64,000 bases of DNA. Origin: Candidatus Oxydemutator sp. Lineage in GTDB: Bacteria > Pseudomonadota > Gammaproteobacteria > Poriferisulfidales > Oxydemutatoraceae. Position numbers and translations under genes: made by a program. Below are positions 51,199 through 62,965 of the stretch, one piece after another (position 1 is the stretch's first letter; each line of letters begins with the position of its first letter). The stretch covers positions 1,344,001 to 1,408,000 of the forward strand of contig OZ241883.1 of the NCBI GenBank assembly GCA_965203445.1. The letters run 5' to 3'. Below the pieces are notes generated by a model. The model saw only the letters and a program-made list of their open reading frames with translations, had not been told where the DNA came from and did not search any database.

Positions 51199-53522
51199 GA
51201 TTTCTGTTTCCACTCAGCGCCTTTGATTTTGTCGTAGCCAAGATATTCTTCTGCAATCAAAGGGAATCCTCCCATTATACCGACTATCGCATCATGGGGT
51301 ATTCCATTCATTGGGCCATTCATTGGGATAGTCCATTCCATCACTTCCCGTGTAGTGGGGTATTTTGAATTGCACTGCTCGCGGATGCTTGCTTCATCCT
51401 CTTTCCTGATCACTGTGATACTGTTTGCTCCTTCACGCAAAGTTGCCTGGCCGGACTCCCAGGCGTCATCGAGCCAAGCCGAATGTAGCTTAAAGTTATC
51501 ATCATCAGGCAAATTATTGAGACGATCATGCAAGTCAGCCTGCGAAAAATTACTGCGCTCAAGCTTTTCAACAATTTTATCAGCAGTGTTCAGATCAGAG
51601 CGAAGATATGGACGGCGGTCATGCCCGTCGAAAGGATATATCAAGCAGAGTCCTCCCTTGCTCTCCTCACCGCGGCGATTTAGACGCCCTAAGCGCTGAA
51701 TCAACGAAGGGAAAGGCGCACATGCTGAAACTAACAATCCCGCGCTGATATCCAGAGACATTTCACATACCTGAGTGGTTATTGCCAAGCAGGGCTTTTT
51801 TTGATTAAACACGTTAAGCAGGTTTTTCTGTATATCCACTCTATCTTTATAACGATAACGACTATGGAAAAGTATTGGTTTTACTGGAAGGTCATGCTCC
51901 ATCGCTTGTTTGTGTACTTCTCTTGCATCCCTGATTGTGTTACATACCCATAGAACCTTTTTGTTCTTTTCCAAGGCGTCAGAGACATCATCCCAACAGG
52001 CAGTCTCATCTTTCCGCTGTTTTATACGATAGCGTTTTTTCTTTTCTTCGGTTTCGTTTCCTTTCAGGAAAGTGGGTGCTCCTCCCCATTTTTCTAACGC
52101 CTTTCTGCGACTTGGAGACAGCGACGCCGTCATCAACAAGACGGGTATTCCAGGAAATGAATCCAGAAAGCGTAATAGTGCGCCAAACAGTTTGGCATCG
52201 TAGCTATGTATTTCATCGAACACGATTGCGCTCTTCAAAATTGCTGGAAAACTGAAAAGCCCTACTCGTTGGTTCTGTATCAACCCGAGCACCGTGTCCA
52301 CGGTGCAGGCGATAACTTGCTGGCCCCACGCTCGTAGAGATAGCACGCCTAAAACGCCATTGGCCTCTTCATTCGGGATTCCCTCGCCGTTGATGTTCAT
52401 GCGAGCAATGTCCACGTCCGCACGGGAGTGAACCAGCGTACGTTCAAGTTCACTTTGTGCGAGCAGATAGTCCTCAAATCCTGCTGATGCCGTTCCAGTA
52501 GTCGGATAACAAAAGATCAATTTACGTCCTTCATGCTGCTTTGCCCACTCATAGGCAGCAATAGTTTTGCCGCCTCCACATGCGGCTTCCAGCACGGTTC
52601 TATCTGCCGTAGAAGTTCCAGCCTGTTTTTGAAACCCGTATAGCTTATTGCTGCTGTCTATTCTGCTATCTATGACCTCGTCCAGATTGGCAGCCGAGAA
52701 ATCTTTGCCAAGTGATTTTTCAATCGCCTTGTGCACTGCAAACTCTTTTTCTCCATTGTCACTCCACAGAGCAGACCCGGCAACGTCAGCGGCTATCACC
52801 AAGCCTTTGGCGTAAGCTGTCAAGAGACGCTCCTCCGGGAGCAAGCCTTCGGATATTTCTTCTGATTCCCAAATGTAATTTTCCACTAAATCAGCGTGCG
52901 AATCCTCGCTGAAATCAGTTTTTATAGAGAAGTCAGGAATGGACGGTTCTCGTTGTACTGTGATGTTGAGGTCATCTGATATTACATTCACTAATTCGGT
53001 AATTATTGGCTGTACGCGGTCACCACCATGGAACTCGATTTTTTCTGGTGGGATACCGGCAATTTGTATCATGCTGCTCATTTCATGGTCAGCGCAGTGG
53101 TGCAGTTTCAGGTGGTGTCCACCCACTATCCAGGAAAGCATCCAGACGAGGCGCGTAGCATTTTCACAATCCTTGAAAACGTCTTGCTCAAGCCATTTTG
53201 AAAAATCGCGACACTCTTTCGTATAACCAGCCACGATTAACGCGCTAAGAATCTCATGGCGAATTGGCTGGTTGATATTTCGTCCAACAGTGCCTTGTAG
53301 TTTTCCTAAAAAGATATTGTTTGCCTTACCAAGATCGTGCAGAACAGCACCTATCAGCGTCAATTCTCGCAACCTTTGGCGGTTTATTTTCTCAGGCAAA
53401 AACTGCTGGATTGATGAAAATACCGACCTTGAGGCAGTGCCAACCGCTCTGGTGTGATCGAGTAAAGAAACTGCCGGGCAATCATGCCGCGCCGACTTGG
53501 CAAGTAATGTTGTCTTGCTCAC
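51195..53522 (-). CDS. cas3: Cas3 HD nuclease-helicase
   Basis: LHDLGKAN, IRHE, GHH, AADVAGS, AACGGGKT, FDEIH, MTAS, QRLGRLNR; GTG at 53522 overlaps cas6 stop. Confidence 0.95.
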   Translation of the reverse strand: MSKTTLLAKSARHDCPAVSLLDHTRAVGTASRSVFSSIQQFLPEKINRQRLRELTLIGAVLHDLGKANNIFLGKLQGTVGRNINQPIRHEILSALIVAGYTKECRDFSKWLEQDVFKDCENATRLVWMLSWIVGGHHLKLHHCADHEMSSMIQIAGIPPEKIEFHGGDRVQPIITELVNVISDDLNITVQREPSIPDFSIKTDFSEDSHADLVENYIWESEEISEGLLPEERLLTAYAKGLVIAADVAGSALWSDNGEKEFAVHKAIEKSLGKDFSAANLDEVIDSRIDSSNKLYGFQKQAGTSTADRTVLEAACGGGKTIAAYEWAKQHEGRKLIFCYPTTGTASAGFEDYLLAQSELERTLVHSRADVDIARMNINGEGIPNEEANGVLGVLSLRAWGQQVIACTVDTVLGLIQNQRVGLFSFPAILKSAIVFDEIHSYDAKLFGALLRFLDSFPGIPVLLMTASLSPSRRKALEKWGGAPTFLKGNETEEKKKRYRIKQRKDETACWDDVSDALEKNKKVLWVCNTIRDAREVHKQAMEHDLPVKPILFHSRYRYKDRVDIQKNLLNVFNQKKPCLAITTQVCEMSLDISAGLLVSACAPFPSLIQRLGRLNRRGEESKGGLCLIYPFDGHDRRPYLRSDLNTADKIVEKLERSNFSQADLHDRLNNLPDDDNFKLHSAWLDDAWESGQATLREGANSITVIRKEDEASIREQCNSKYPTTREVMEWTIPMNGPMNGIPHDAIVGIMGGFPLIAEEYLGYDKIKGAEWKQKS

Positions 53523-54166
53523 TTCCTTCTTTCCTCCGTTGGCAAAAACACCCCGCATCCCACCCGTCGCCGTCCGCCAATTCCCTTTTCTTGTAAGCGA
53601 ATGGATTCTTCTGCCGTCAGTTCCGTTACCAGCATGGAATAGCCGACGATGGTTTTGCTGCCGACGCGAAATACGCGGCGGCCATGGTTGCGGTCTGCAT
53701 TGCCTGCATTCTGCCTGGAAGGGATCCGTAGTGGCTTGCCATGGATCTCCAGCGCTTCCAGCTGGCGCTGTATTTCCGCGTCAAAACGCTCAACGTCTTC
53801 GCCATTCCTGGTAGTAACAATGCGGGCATACAGTGTAGCCGCCGGTATCAGCGCGACACTTCGGCTGACTCCAACTCTCACGGGGCAACCATCCAGTTCG
53901 ATTCTCTTGCCCGCCAGTTTCAAGGCCTTCGGCAGAAGTTCCGCCGGCATCCGCATCCCCAAGCGTGCGTTATCTGACAGCAGCAGTTTTCCATGGCCAT
54001 CATGGGCACCGCGTATCAGATGAAGCCCGACGTCGAGGTTGCCGTGTAACCATTGATCACTCGGCGATTCCAGTATCCGCGAAGCTGCACTGAAAAGCGC
54101 ATAGCCATGGTCCAGCGGGACTTGCTTCCCTGTTACCGTAAAAAATATATCAACTATTCTTTTCAT
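53519..54166 (-). CDS. cas6: Cas6 (Cmx6/MYXAN type)
   Basis: VPLDHGYALFSA, LQEKGIGGRRRVGCGVF Gly-rich loop. Confidence 0.93.
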   Translation of the reverse strand: MKRIVDIFFTVTGKQVPLDHGYALFSAASRILESPSDQWLHGNLDVGLHLIRGAHDGHGKLLLSDNARLGMRMPAELLPKALKLAGKRIELDGCPVRVGVSRSVALIPAATLYARIVTTRNGEDVERFDAEIQRQLEALEIHGKPLRIPSRQNAGNADRNHGRRVFRVGSKTIVGYSMLVTELTAEESIRLQEKGIGGRRRVGCGVFLPTEERRK

Positions 54167-54327
54167 GGTAGAACTTACCTTACAATGATTATTGTATCAG
54201 ACAGCGCTCTCAGCTTCTTGTATGAGGCCACCACATTCTGGACAAATGAGGGAGTTGTTTTCAGGTGGCTTGGCGCGGGGTGATATTCTCCCCGTCCAGG
54301 ATTTTTCTGGCTTTATACAGTGATTTT

Positions 54328-55104
54328 ATGAAACAAAAGTTGATGCGGTCTCGTTATGGGGCGTTGTGGAGCCGGGACGAGTTGATTCTGGCTTTTGAGC
54401 TTTACTGTCGGATACCATTTCGGCGGACAAATAATCGTGATCCGCAAATTAAGGAGTTGGCCGGGATTTTAGGTCGTACTCCCAGCTCCGTTGCGAGAAA
54501 ATTGGGGAATTTCGGTTCCCTGGATCCGAGATTGCAGAAGGCAGGTATAAAAGGGTTGACCAACGTCAGCAGGATGGATCGAGAGATATGGGAGGCGTTT
54601 CATGCCGACTGGAACGCCCTGGTATGGGAAGCCAATCTGCTGAAAGAAAAATACAGCAGTGCAGTTACGGATAAAGGATTTGTCCCAGTGCCTTCTGGGC
54701 CTTCGGAAAAACTGAGGCTGACCAGGCAAAGGGTGCACCAGACTTTTTTCCGTGAAACGGTTTTGAGTAATTATCAGGCGACCTGCTGTGTTTCGGGTCT
54801 TTCGATCCCAGAATGTTTGAACGCCATTCATATTGTTCCGTGGAGCGAAAGTGAGGAATTTCGGGCCGATCCGACGAATGGATTGTGTCTTAGTGCGACT
54901 TTCCATTGTCTGTTTGATGCAGGGCTTATGGCCATTGCTGAAGATTTGACCGTTCTCTTTGCGCCTCGCGTAATGCAGCGCGATGATTTTGCTACTAAGA
55001 GGTTGTTGAAGTATTACAGTGGGCGGCCGATGAAAAGACCGCTCCGTTTTCTCCCGAACAGCAGGCGGCTTGCATGGCACAGAGAAAATACATTCCACTC
55101 TTAG
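54328..55104 (+). CDS. HNH endonuclease (HNH_2) with helical N-terminal domain; putative restriction-type nuclease
   Basis: WSRDELILA..LY, RTPSSVARKLGNF, FRETVLSNY, CCVSG, HIVPWS, NGLCL..FHCLFD. Confidence 0.85.
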   Translation: MKQKLMRSRYGALWSRDELILAFELYCRIPFRRTNNRDPQIKELAGILGRTPSSVARKLGNFGSLDPRLQKAGIKGLTNVSRMDREIWEAFHADWNALVWEANLLKEKYSSAVTDKGFVPVPSGPSEKLRLTRQRVHQTFFRETVLSNYQATCCVSGLSIPECLNAIHIVPWSESEEFRADPTNGLCLSATFHCLFDAGLMAIAEDLTVLFAPRVMQRDDFATKRLLKYYSGRPMKRPLRFLPNSRRLAWHRENTFHS

Positions 55105-55129
55105 AGTAGTCCAGGGCAGTCTTTTCCCA

Positions 55130-55834
55130 TCAGATCGCCGTCCGAAGTGGAGCATTGCCCGTATTGACTATTTCTACTATCTTTCCGATAGCCTCTCCCG
55201 ACAATTTTCCGTCCCTTTTGTCCCCCTCGCATAGTGCTGTTCGGAAGCCCAGGTAGTCCGGCCCGATCTTTTGCAGGGGTTCGATGTCGTCCATCCCCAG
55301 CGATCCTGCGATTCCGCACAGCAGGCCGCAGTTCCGTGCCGCCTGCACGAATCTGTCCAACTTTTCATCGGTTGCGCATTTTCTGACCGAGCCGTTTCCT
55401 TTGTCCGCCGTGTCCACCATTGCGCCGGCGAAGCCTGCTTCCTTCAGCAGCGAACAAGGGCCCTCGAAGTCGGCGATTCGATCCGCGAACAAGACTCCCA
55501 CCAGCCGAATCTCTCCCGCCGCGTGCTTCAGCACTGGCAGACACTTTTCCAGATAGTGCGGCCCGAACAGTCCGACTTTTACGTAATCCACGCCGAGGGC
55601 CGCGACCTCGCGTGCTCGTTCCACCATCATCTCGCCTTGCGCCGGCAGATCGCCGGTCGTCGCGCTCGTTGTGCGGCGGCCGTTCGCCACCTTGACAATC
55701 GCGCGGATCACGTCGGTATCCAACGCGCCCAAGGCGCCCGTCGCCGGTTCTTTCATGTCGAGGACGTCTATCGGCGCGCGCAGGGCGATCTTGGCTTCTT
55801 CTACGCTGCGCACGCTGGCGAGCAGTCTGGTCAT
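55130..55834 (-). CDS. mfnB: (5-formylfuran-3-yl)methyl phosphate synthase (DUF556)
   Basis: LLASVRSVEEA, DMKEPATGALGA, SATTGD, DYVKVG, MVDTADK, AGSL, GFRTALC. Confidence 0.88.
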   Translation of the reverse strand: MTRLLASVRSVEEAKIALRAPIDVLDMKEPATGALGALDTDVIRAIVKVANGRRTTSATTGDLPAQGEMMVERAREVAALGVDYVKVGLFGPHYLEKCLPVLKHAAGEIRLVGVLFADRIADFEGPCSLLKEAGFAGAMVDTADKGNGSVRKCATDEKLDRFVQAARNCGLLCGIAGSLGMDDIEPLQKIGPDYLGFRTALCEGDKRDGKLSGEAIGKIVEIVNTGNAPLRTAI

Positions 55835-56499
55835 TCGCGCGGTCTCGTTCCCGTCGCGGGCGTCGGCCTTGGCCTTGCCGTCGTCGCTCGCGCCGCCGTG
55901 CCGACATCCGTGCCAGTGCTCGCGCCACCGCCCGCGCCACCCCTCCGCGCGCGATATTTCCGCACCTTGTCCATCAGCCAGCCCCACGCCTCCCGCTCGC
56001 GTTCGCCGGCGGTTTTCTCGATTGCGATTTTCAGGTATTCGATTTCGCGCTCCACTTTGTCCGGCGGCAGCCGGTCGAGGCGGCTGACTAATATCGAGAG
56101 TTCGATCACCGCGGCCTGGGCGCGGTTGAAGCCGGCGAACGGGGCGTGGTTGGCCTCGTGCGCGACGGTGCAGACGAAGCGCGGGCGCACGTCGTCCTCG
56201 ATGATTTCGGCGACCTCGACCTCGGCGTGGCTGAGTGCGTCGGCAAGTCTTTGCAGCGGCAGGCGTTCGGCGTCGCACAGCGGCCAGTCGCGCCGCCCGC
56301 ACAGGCTGCCGGCGAACACGCGCACGTCGTCGGTGTGGTTGATTACGGCGCAGCGTTCGCGTCGCAGGTTGGCGAGCGTCGTCGAGGGTGCGAACGGCGC
56401 CAGCACGCGCGCGTCGCCGTCGGCCCAGACGCCCATCGGCGCCAAGTGTGTCGTGCCGTCGTCGTTGCGGGTGGCGACGATGGATTCGTGGATCAGCAT
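55831..56499 (-). CDS. DUF447 family protein (H4MPT cluster)
   Basis: HLAPMG, PFAPSTTLANL, GFNRAQAAVIE, AIEKTAG. Confidence 0.85.
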   Translation of the reverse strand: MLIHESIVATRNDDGTTHLAPMGVWADGDARVLAPFAPSTTLANLRRERCAVINHTDDVRVFAGSLCGRRDWPLCDAERLPLQRLADALSHAEVEVAEIIEDDVRPRFVCTVAHEANHAPFAGFNRAQAAVIELSILVSRLDRLPPDKVEREIEYLKIAIEKTAGEREREAWGWLMDKVRKYRARRGGAGGGASTGTDVGTAARATTARPRPTPATGTRPRE

Positions 56500-58055
56500 G
56501 GTTTTGTATTTTGTCCCGGCGCCCTGTCTTCGGCGTGCTCGTCTTTGGCGCCTCCGTCTTCGGCACCCTTGTCTTCGGCGCCCCTCTCTTCGGCGCGCCC
56601 GATGCCCTCGCGTCGCGCCCGGCTCCGGCGCCTGCGGCGCTCGCGCTTTGCCTTCAGCGTCACGCCTTCCTCTTTGAACTTCGTCAGGTCTTCGCGCGCC
56701 TTTTCGACGGCGCAGCCCCAGTCGAGTTCCTCGTCCTGGTTGTAGCGTTTGCCGAGTTGGTGCGCGATTTGCGCGCGCGCCAGTTCGACGCCGAGATAAA
56801 AGGCGTGCCCGCCGTCGTCCTCGACCGCGAGCGCGGTATAGAAGTCGAAGGGGTCGGTCGCGGTGCGGTACAGGTCCCGATTATAGACGTGCACGCCTTG
56901 TTCGTTGACCTGAATGCGAAAGCCGGGGTCTTTGACGCCTGCTGCGAACGCGCGGATCTCGGCGTCGTCGTACGGGAACGGCTTGCGCTCGTGCAGCATC
57001 ATCAGGCGCTCGCCGAAGCCGGTCGGCGTCGTGTTTTCCTCGCGCGCGGCGAACATCACGCGCCGCGCCGCGTCCAGCTCGCGGATCGCGTGGCGGCAGT
57101 GTTCGCTGACCTCGGTCGTCAGCACGCAGCCGATGCGCAACTCCGACGCGATCCCGGCCAGCAGCGCGTTGACGCCAGCGCTGTCGGCGTGCGTCAGTTC
57201 GCTCAGGTTGCCCACGCCCATCATCATCTCGGCCTCGGGATAGTCGGCGCGCACGCGGTGGTAGCGCACCAGCGAGTCGGCGAAGCCGCAGTGCACCGGG
57301 TCGAGTATCGGGTCGGCGACAAAGCGCCTGCCTTTCGCTTGCAGCGCGTCCATGCATTCGTACAGCGTCTCGAGTTGTTGCGGCGAGTCGGGTATCACTA
57401 TCGGCGTCGCGTCGGTCTCGTCGGCCACCCACAGCGTTTGCCGCGTCAGGCTCAGCAGATAGTCGGCGCCGGCGCGCGCGGCTGCCAGCAGTTGTTCGCC
57501 GTCGAGCGTGTCTATGCTCACCTGGAAACCTTCCTGCTTCAGCAGCGCGATTGCGTCCGCCAGGTGCGGGAACGGCGTCTCCGGCAAAAATCCCAGGTCG
57601 ACGACGTCGGCGCCGTCGGCGCGCTGGCGGCGCGCGATCTCTACGATCTGCTCGGGCGCCAAGTTCGGCGCGTCCACGATCTCGCCGAAGATGCGCACGT
57701 CGTAGCGGTCGAGCGTTCGTTTCCTGGCGCCCTTGCCGAAGAACGCCGGCAGGTCCTTCAACTCCTCCGGCCCGCGCTCGAACGGCACGCCGAAGCGCGC
57801 CGTCAGCCTGTCGAGGTCGCCGCGAAAGCGGCCCGGCAGCACGACGCGGTCGGCGCCGAAGGTGTCGAAGGTGTCGCCAAGGCGGCGCTCGATCAGCTCG
57901 GTGGTCATCAGCGCGGCGACGCTTAAGCCCAACTCGTGTACAGTGTAGGTACATCCGTCGGGCCGTATCTCGTCGAGCACCTTGAGCAGGCTCAGGCGGG
58001 CGAGCTTGCCGGTCAGAAACAGCAGGTGTTCGGGTTTTTCGGACGGGTCGGGCAT
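56493..58055 (-). CDS. Dihydropteroate-synthase-related protein (DUF6513/Orf20-like)
   Basis: LFLTGKLA, VAALMT, GPEELKDLP, EIVDAP, DPILDP, GNLSELTHADSAGVN, HAFYLGVELARA. Confidence 0.88.
   Translation of the reverse strand: MPDPSEKPEHLLFLTGKLARLSLLKVLDEIRPDGCTYTVHELGLSVAALMTTELIERRLGDTFDTFGADRVVLPGRFRGDLDRLTARFGVPFERGPEELKDLPAFFGKGARKRTLDRYDVRIFGEIVDAPNLAPEQIVEIARRQRADGADVVDLGFLPETPFPHLADAIALLKQEGFQVSIDTLDGEQLLAAARAGADYLLSLTRQTLWVADETDATPIVIPDSPQQLETLYECMDALQAKGRRFVADPILDPVHCGFADSLVRYHRVRADYPEAEMMMGVGNLSELTHADSAGVNALLAGIASELRIGCVLTTEVSEHCRHAIRELDAARRVMFAAREENTTPTGFGERLMMLHERKPFPYDDAEIRAFAAGVKDPGFRIQVNEQGVHVYNRDLYRTATDPFDFYTALAVEDDGGHAFYLGVELARAQIAHQLGKRYNQDEELDWGCAVEKAREDLTKFKEEGVTLKAKRERRRRRSRARREGIGRAEERGAEDKGAEDGGAKDEHAEDRAPGQNTKPC
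56526..56600 (-). repeat. Five 15-bp imperfect in-frame tandem repeats (xxAED-type pentapeptides)
   Basis: gtcttcggcgtgctc/gtctttggcgcctcc/gtcttcggcaccctt/gtcttcggcgcccct/ctcttcggcgcgccc. Confidence 0.8.
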
Positions 58056-58107
58056 GGAAAGAAACCGGCGGGCGCCTGGCGCGGTTCTCATTATAAGTTA
58101 TAAGGTG

Positions 58108-58656
58108 ATGCGCGATTATTCGTTGTGGTTGCTGCCGCCGCCGCGCGAGAGTGCGGCGTGGCGCGCGTTGATCCGGCGCCTCGCCGCGGCTTTCGACGCG
58201 CCCGTATTCGAGCCGCACGTGACGCTGCTGGGGGGTATCGCCGCACCGCCGTCGCAGGCCCTTGCCGCCGCGCGCGAATGGGCGCAGTCCTCGCCGCCGC
58301 TTATAGCGCGTCCGCGCGCGATTGCCTGCCTTGACGAGTATTACCGCTGCGTGTTCGTCGAGTTGGAGAAAACGCCGGAGTTGCTCGCGGCGCGCCGGCG
58401 CGCGGAAAGAATTTTCAAGCGCGCCGGCGGTGCCTACCTGCCGCACCTAAGCCTGCTCTACGGGCGTTACGACGCCGCCGCAAAACGGCGCGCCGTCGCC
58501 ACCGTCGGCGCGCCCTCCCGCGCGCCTTTCCGGCTGCCGTGCGCGGCGTTGGTCGAGATGGGCGCGGGTGGTGCGCCGGCGGACTGGCGGGTCGCGGAAG
58601 TTTTCCCTCTGGCGCCGCCCGCGGGAGACGCGCGCGAAGGGCATGGGGCTGTATAG
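58108..58656 (+). CDS. 2H phosphoesterase / cyclic phosphodiesterase-like protein
   Basis: YSLWLLP, FEPHVTL, YLPHLSLLYG (two HxT/S motifs). Confidence 0.85.
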   Translation: MRDYSLWLLPPPRESAAWRALIRRLAAAFDAPVFEPHVTLLGGIAAPPSQALAAAREWAQSSPPLIARPRAIACLDEYYRCVFVELEKTPELLAARRRAERIFKRAGGAYLPHLSLLYGRYDAAAKRRAVATVGAPSRAPFRLPCAALVEMGAGGAPADWRVAEVFPLAPPAGDAREGHGAV

Positions 58657-58686
58657 GGGCTTTACAATAGCGCTACAATACCCGCG

Positions 58687-59817
58687 ATGGACGGCCAGAG
58701 CGACAATGTCCGACGACGCCTCGACGATCTCCGCCGCGGCCTGGACGCGAGCGCCCGCACCCAGGTCGGCTATCCGTGCAACCAGGCGTTCGATTATTCC
58801 GAGCTGCTGCCGTTTCTCCGGCGTTCGATGAACAACGTCGGCGATCCGTTCCACGACAGCAACTACTGGAGCAACACGCACGAGTTCGAGCGCGAGGTGG
58901 TCGCCACGTTCGCGCGGCTGACGGGGTTTTCGCCACAACACTGCTGGGGCTACGTCACCCACGGCGGCACCGAGGGCAACATGTACGGCCTCTACCTCGC
59001 GCGCGAACTGTATCCGAACGGCCTCTTTTATTTTTCCGAGGACACGCACTACAGTGTGCTCAAGACGATGCACGTGCTGCACGCGCGCAACATCATGATC
59101 AAGAGCCGCGGCGACGGCGAGATGGACTACGACGACCTGCGCGAGACGCTGCGCATTCACCGCGACGTGCCGGCGATTGTGCTCGCCAATATCGGCACGA
59201 CGATGAAGGGCGCGGTGGACGATCTGCACGTCATCCGCGGCATCTTCGATGATCTTGCGATCCGCGACTATTACGTCCACGCCGACGCCGCGCTTTCGGG
59301 CATGATCCTGCCGTTCGTCGAGGAGCCGCAGCCGTACCGCTTCGAGGACGGCTACCACAGCATCGCCGTCAGCGGCCACAAGCTGATCGGCGCGCCGCTG
59401 CCGTGCGGCATCGTGCTCGCGCGGCGCGATTACGTCGCGCGCGTATCGCGCGCCGTCGAATACGTCGGCGTGCTCGATACGACGCTGGCCGGCTCGCGCA
59501 ACGCCTTTACGCCCCTGCTGTTATGGTACGCGTTCCAGCGCGTCGGCCTGGACGGTTTCCGGCAGATAGTCGCGGCCATGCTCGAAGTCGCGGAATACGC
59601 GGTGGCGCGTTTCAACCGCGAGGGCATTGCGGCGTGGCGCCACAAGAATTCGGTGACCGTGGTTTTTCCGAGACCGCCCGCAAGCGTCACGCGCAAATGG
59701 CAGATCGCGCTCTACAAGGACATTGCGCACGTCATCACGATGCCGCACGTAACGCGCGAGACGGTGGACGCGCTGGTCGCCGACTGCGCGCGTGCGCGGG
59801 TCGACGAGGCGGCTTGA
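58687..59817 (+). CDS. hdc: PLP-dependent group II decarboxylase, histidine-decarboxylase-like
   Basis: GYPCN, NNVGDP, WGYVTHGGTEGNMYG, THYSV, HADAALSG, SGHK, GSRN. Confidence 0.8.
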   Translation: MDGQSDNVRRRLDDLRRGLDASARTQVGYPCNQAFDYSELLPFLRRSMNNVGDPFHDSNYWSNTHEFEREVVATFARLTGFSPQHCWGYVTHGGTEGNMYGLYLARELYPNGLFYFSEDTHYSVLKTMHVLHARNIMIKSRGDGEMDYDDLRETLRIHRDVPAIVLANIGTTMKGAVDDLHVIRGIFDDLAIRDYYVHADAALSGMILPFVEEPQPYRFEDGYHSIAVSGHKLIGAPLPCGIVLARRDYVARVSRAVEYVGVLDTTLAGSRNAFTPLLLWYAFQRVGLDGFRQIVAAMLEVAEYAVARFNREGIAAWRHKNSVTVVFPRPPASVTRKWQIALYKDIAHVITMPHVTRETVDALVADCARARVDEAA

Positions 59818-59851
59818 CGACGGCTTGGCGGGAACGGATCGGGAAGCGCTT

Positions 59852-60244
59852 ATGAAACGCATTGTCATCGTGGCCGGAGACGAAGTCGGCGTCATCGCCG
59901 ACCTCAGCCGCCTGCTGGCCGACAACGGCATCAACATAGAGACCTTGGACGCCGACAGCCACGGCGACCACGGCATGATCGTTTTGACCACCGACCAGTC
60001 GGACGAGGCGCTGCACGTGCTGAGGCAGGCGTCGTACAAGGCGGTCGCCGACGACGCGCTGATTTTGAGACTGCGCGACGAACCGGGCGCGCTGGCCAAG
60101 GTCTCGGAACGTTTGAAGCGCGCCAACGTCAACATCCGCAGCGTCCATATTCTCAATCGCCGCAACAATTACTCGACGGTCGCGATGGCCGTGGACGAAC
60201 GCGACAAGGCCCTCGAGTTGCTCGCCGGCGAAATCATCACCTGA
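59852..60244 (+). CDS. Tandem ACT-domain protein
   Basis: DEVGVIADLSRLLADNGINI and DEPGALAKVSERLKRANVNI. Confidence 0.85.
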   Translation: MKRIVIVAGDEVGVIADLSRLLADNGINIETLDADSHGDHGMIVLTTDQSDEALHVLRQASYKAVADDALILRLRDEPGALAKVSERLKRANVNIRSVHILNRRNNYSTVAMAVDERDKALELLAGEIIT

Positions 60245-60250
60245 TGAAAC

Positions 60251-60316
60251 CCGCTCCCTCTGGAAGAGGATGGCCACAGGCCCATAATGTAACCCTCTCC
60301 CCCTAGGAGAGGGTGG
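60251..60316. repeat. Dispersed REP-like element, copy 2
   Basis: CTCCCTCTGG...CAGGCCCATAATGTAACCCTCTCCCCCTAGGAGAGGGTGG. Confidence 0.8.
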
Positions 60317-60326
60317 AGCAAGAACT

Positions 60327-60335
60327 TGGTATAAT
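60327..60335 (+). promoter_or_regulatory. Extended -10 promoter for prfB
   Basis: TGGTATAAT ending 18 nt before the ATG at 60354. Confidence 0.55.
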
Positions 60336-60353
60336 TTTCTTATTTTTTCGGTC

Positions 60354-61449
<1,096 letters not shown>

Positions 61450-61452
61450 GCG

Positions 61453-62961
<1,509 letters not shown>

Positions 62962-62965
62962 CGCG

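Larger units (their letters stand above)
32600..55110. other. Defence island 2 (CRISPR-Cas plus accessory genes) between converging cofactor operons
   Basis: Compositional shift and defence gene content; no integrase or transposase visible. Confidence 0.75.

Noticed and set aside
55835-56566. 478-aa ORF suggesting an N-terminally extended MfnB
   Set aside because: The extension overlaps the DUF447 gene in another frame; MfnB motifs start at ATG 55834
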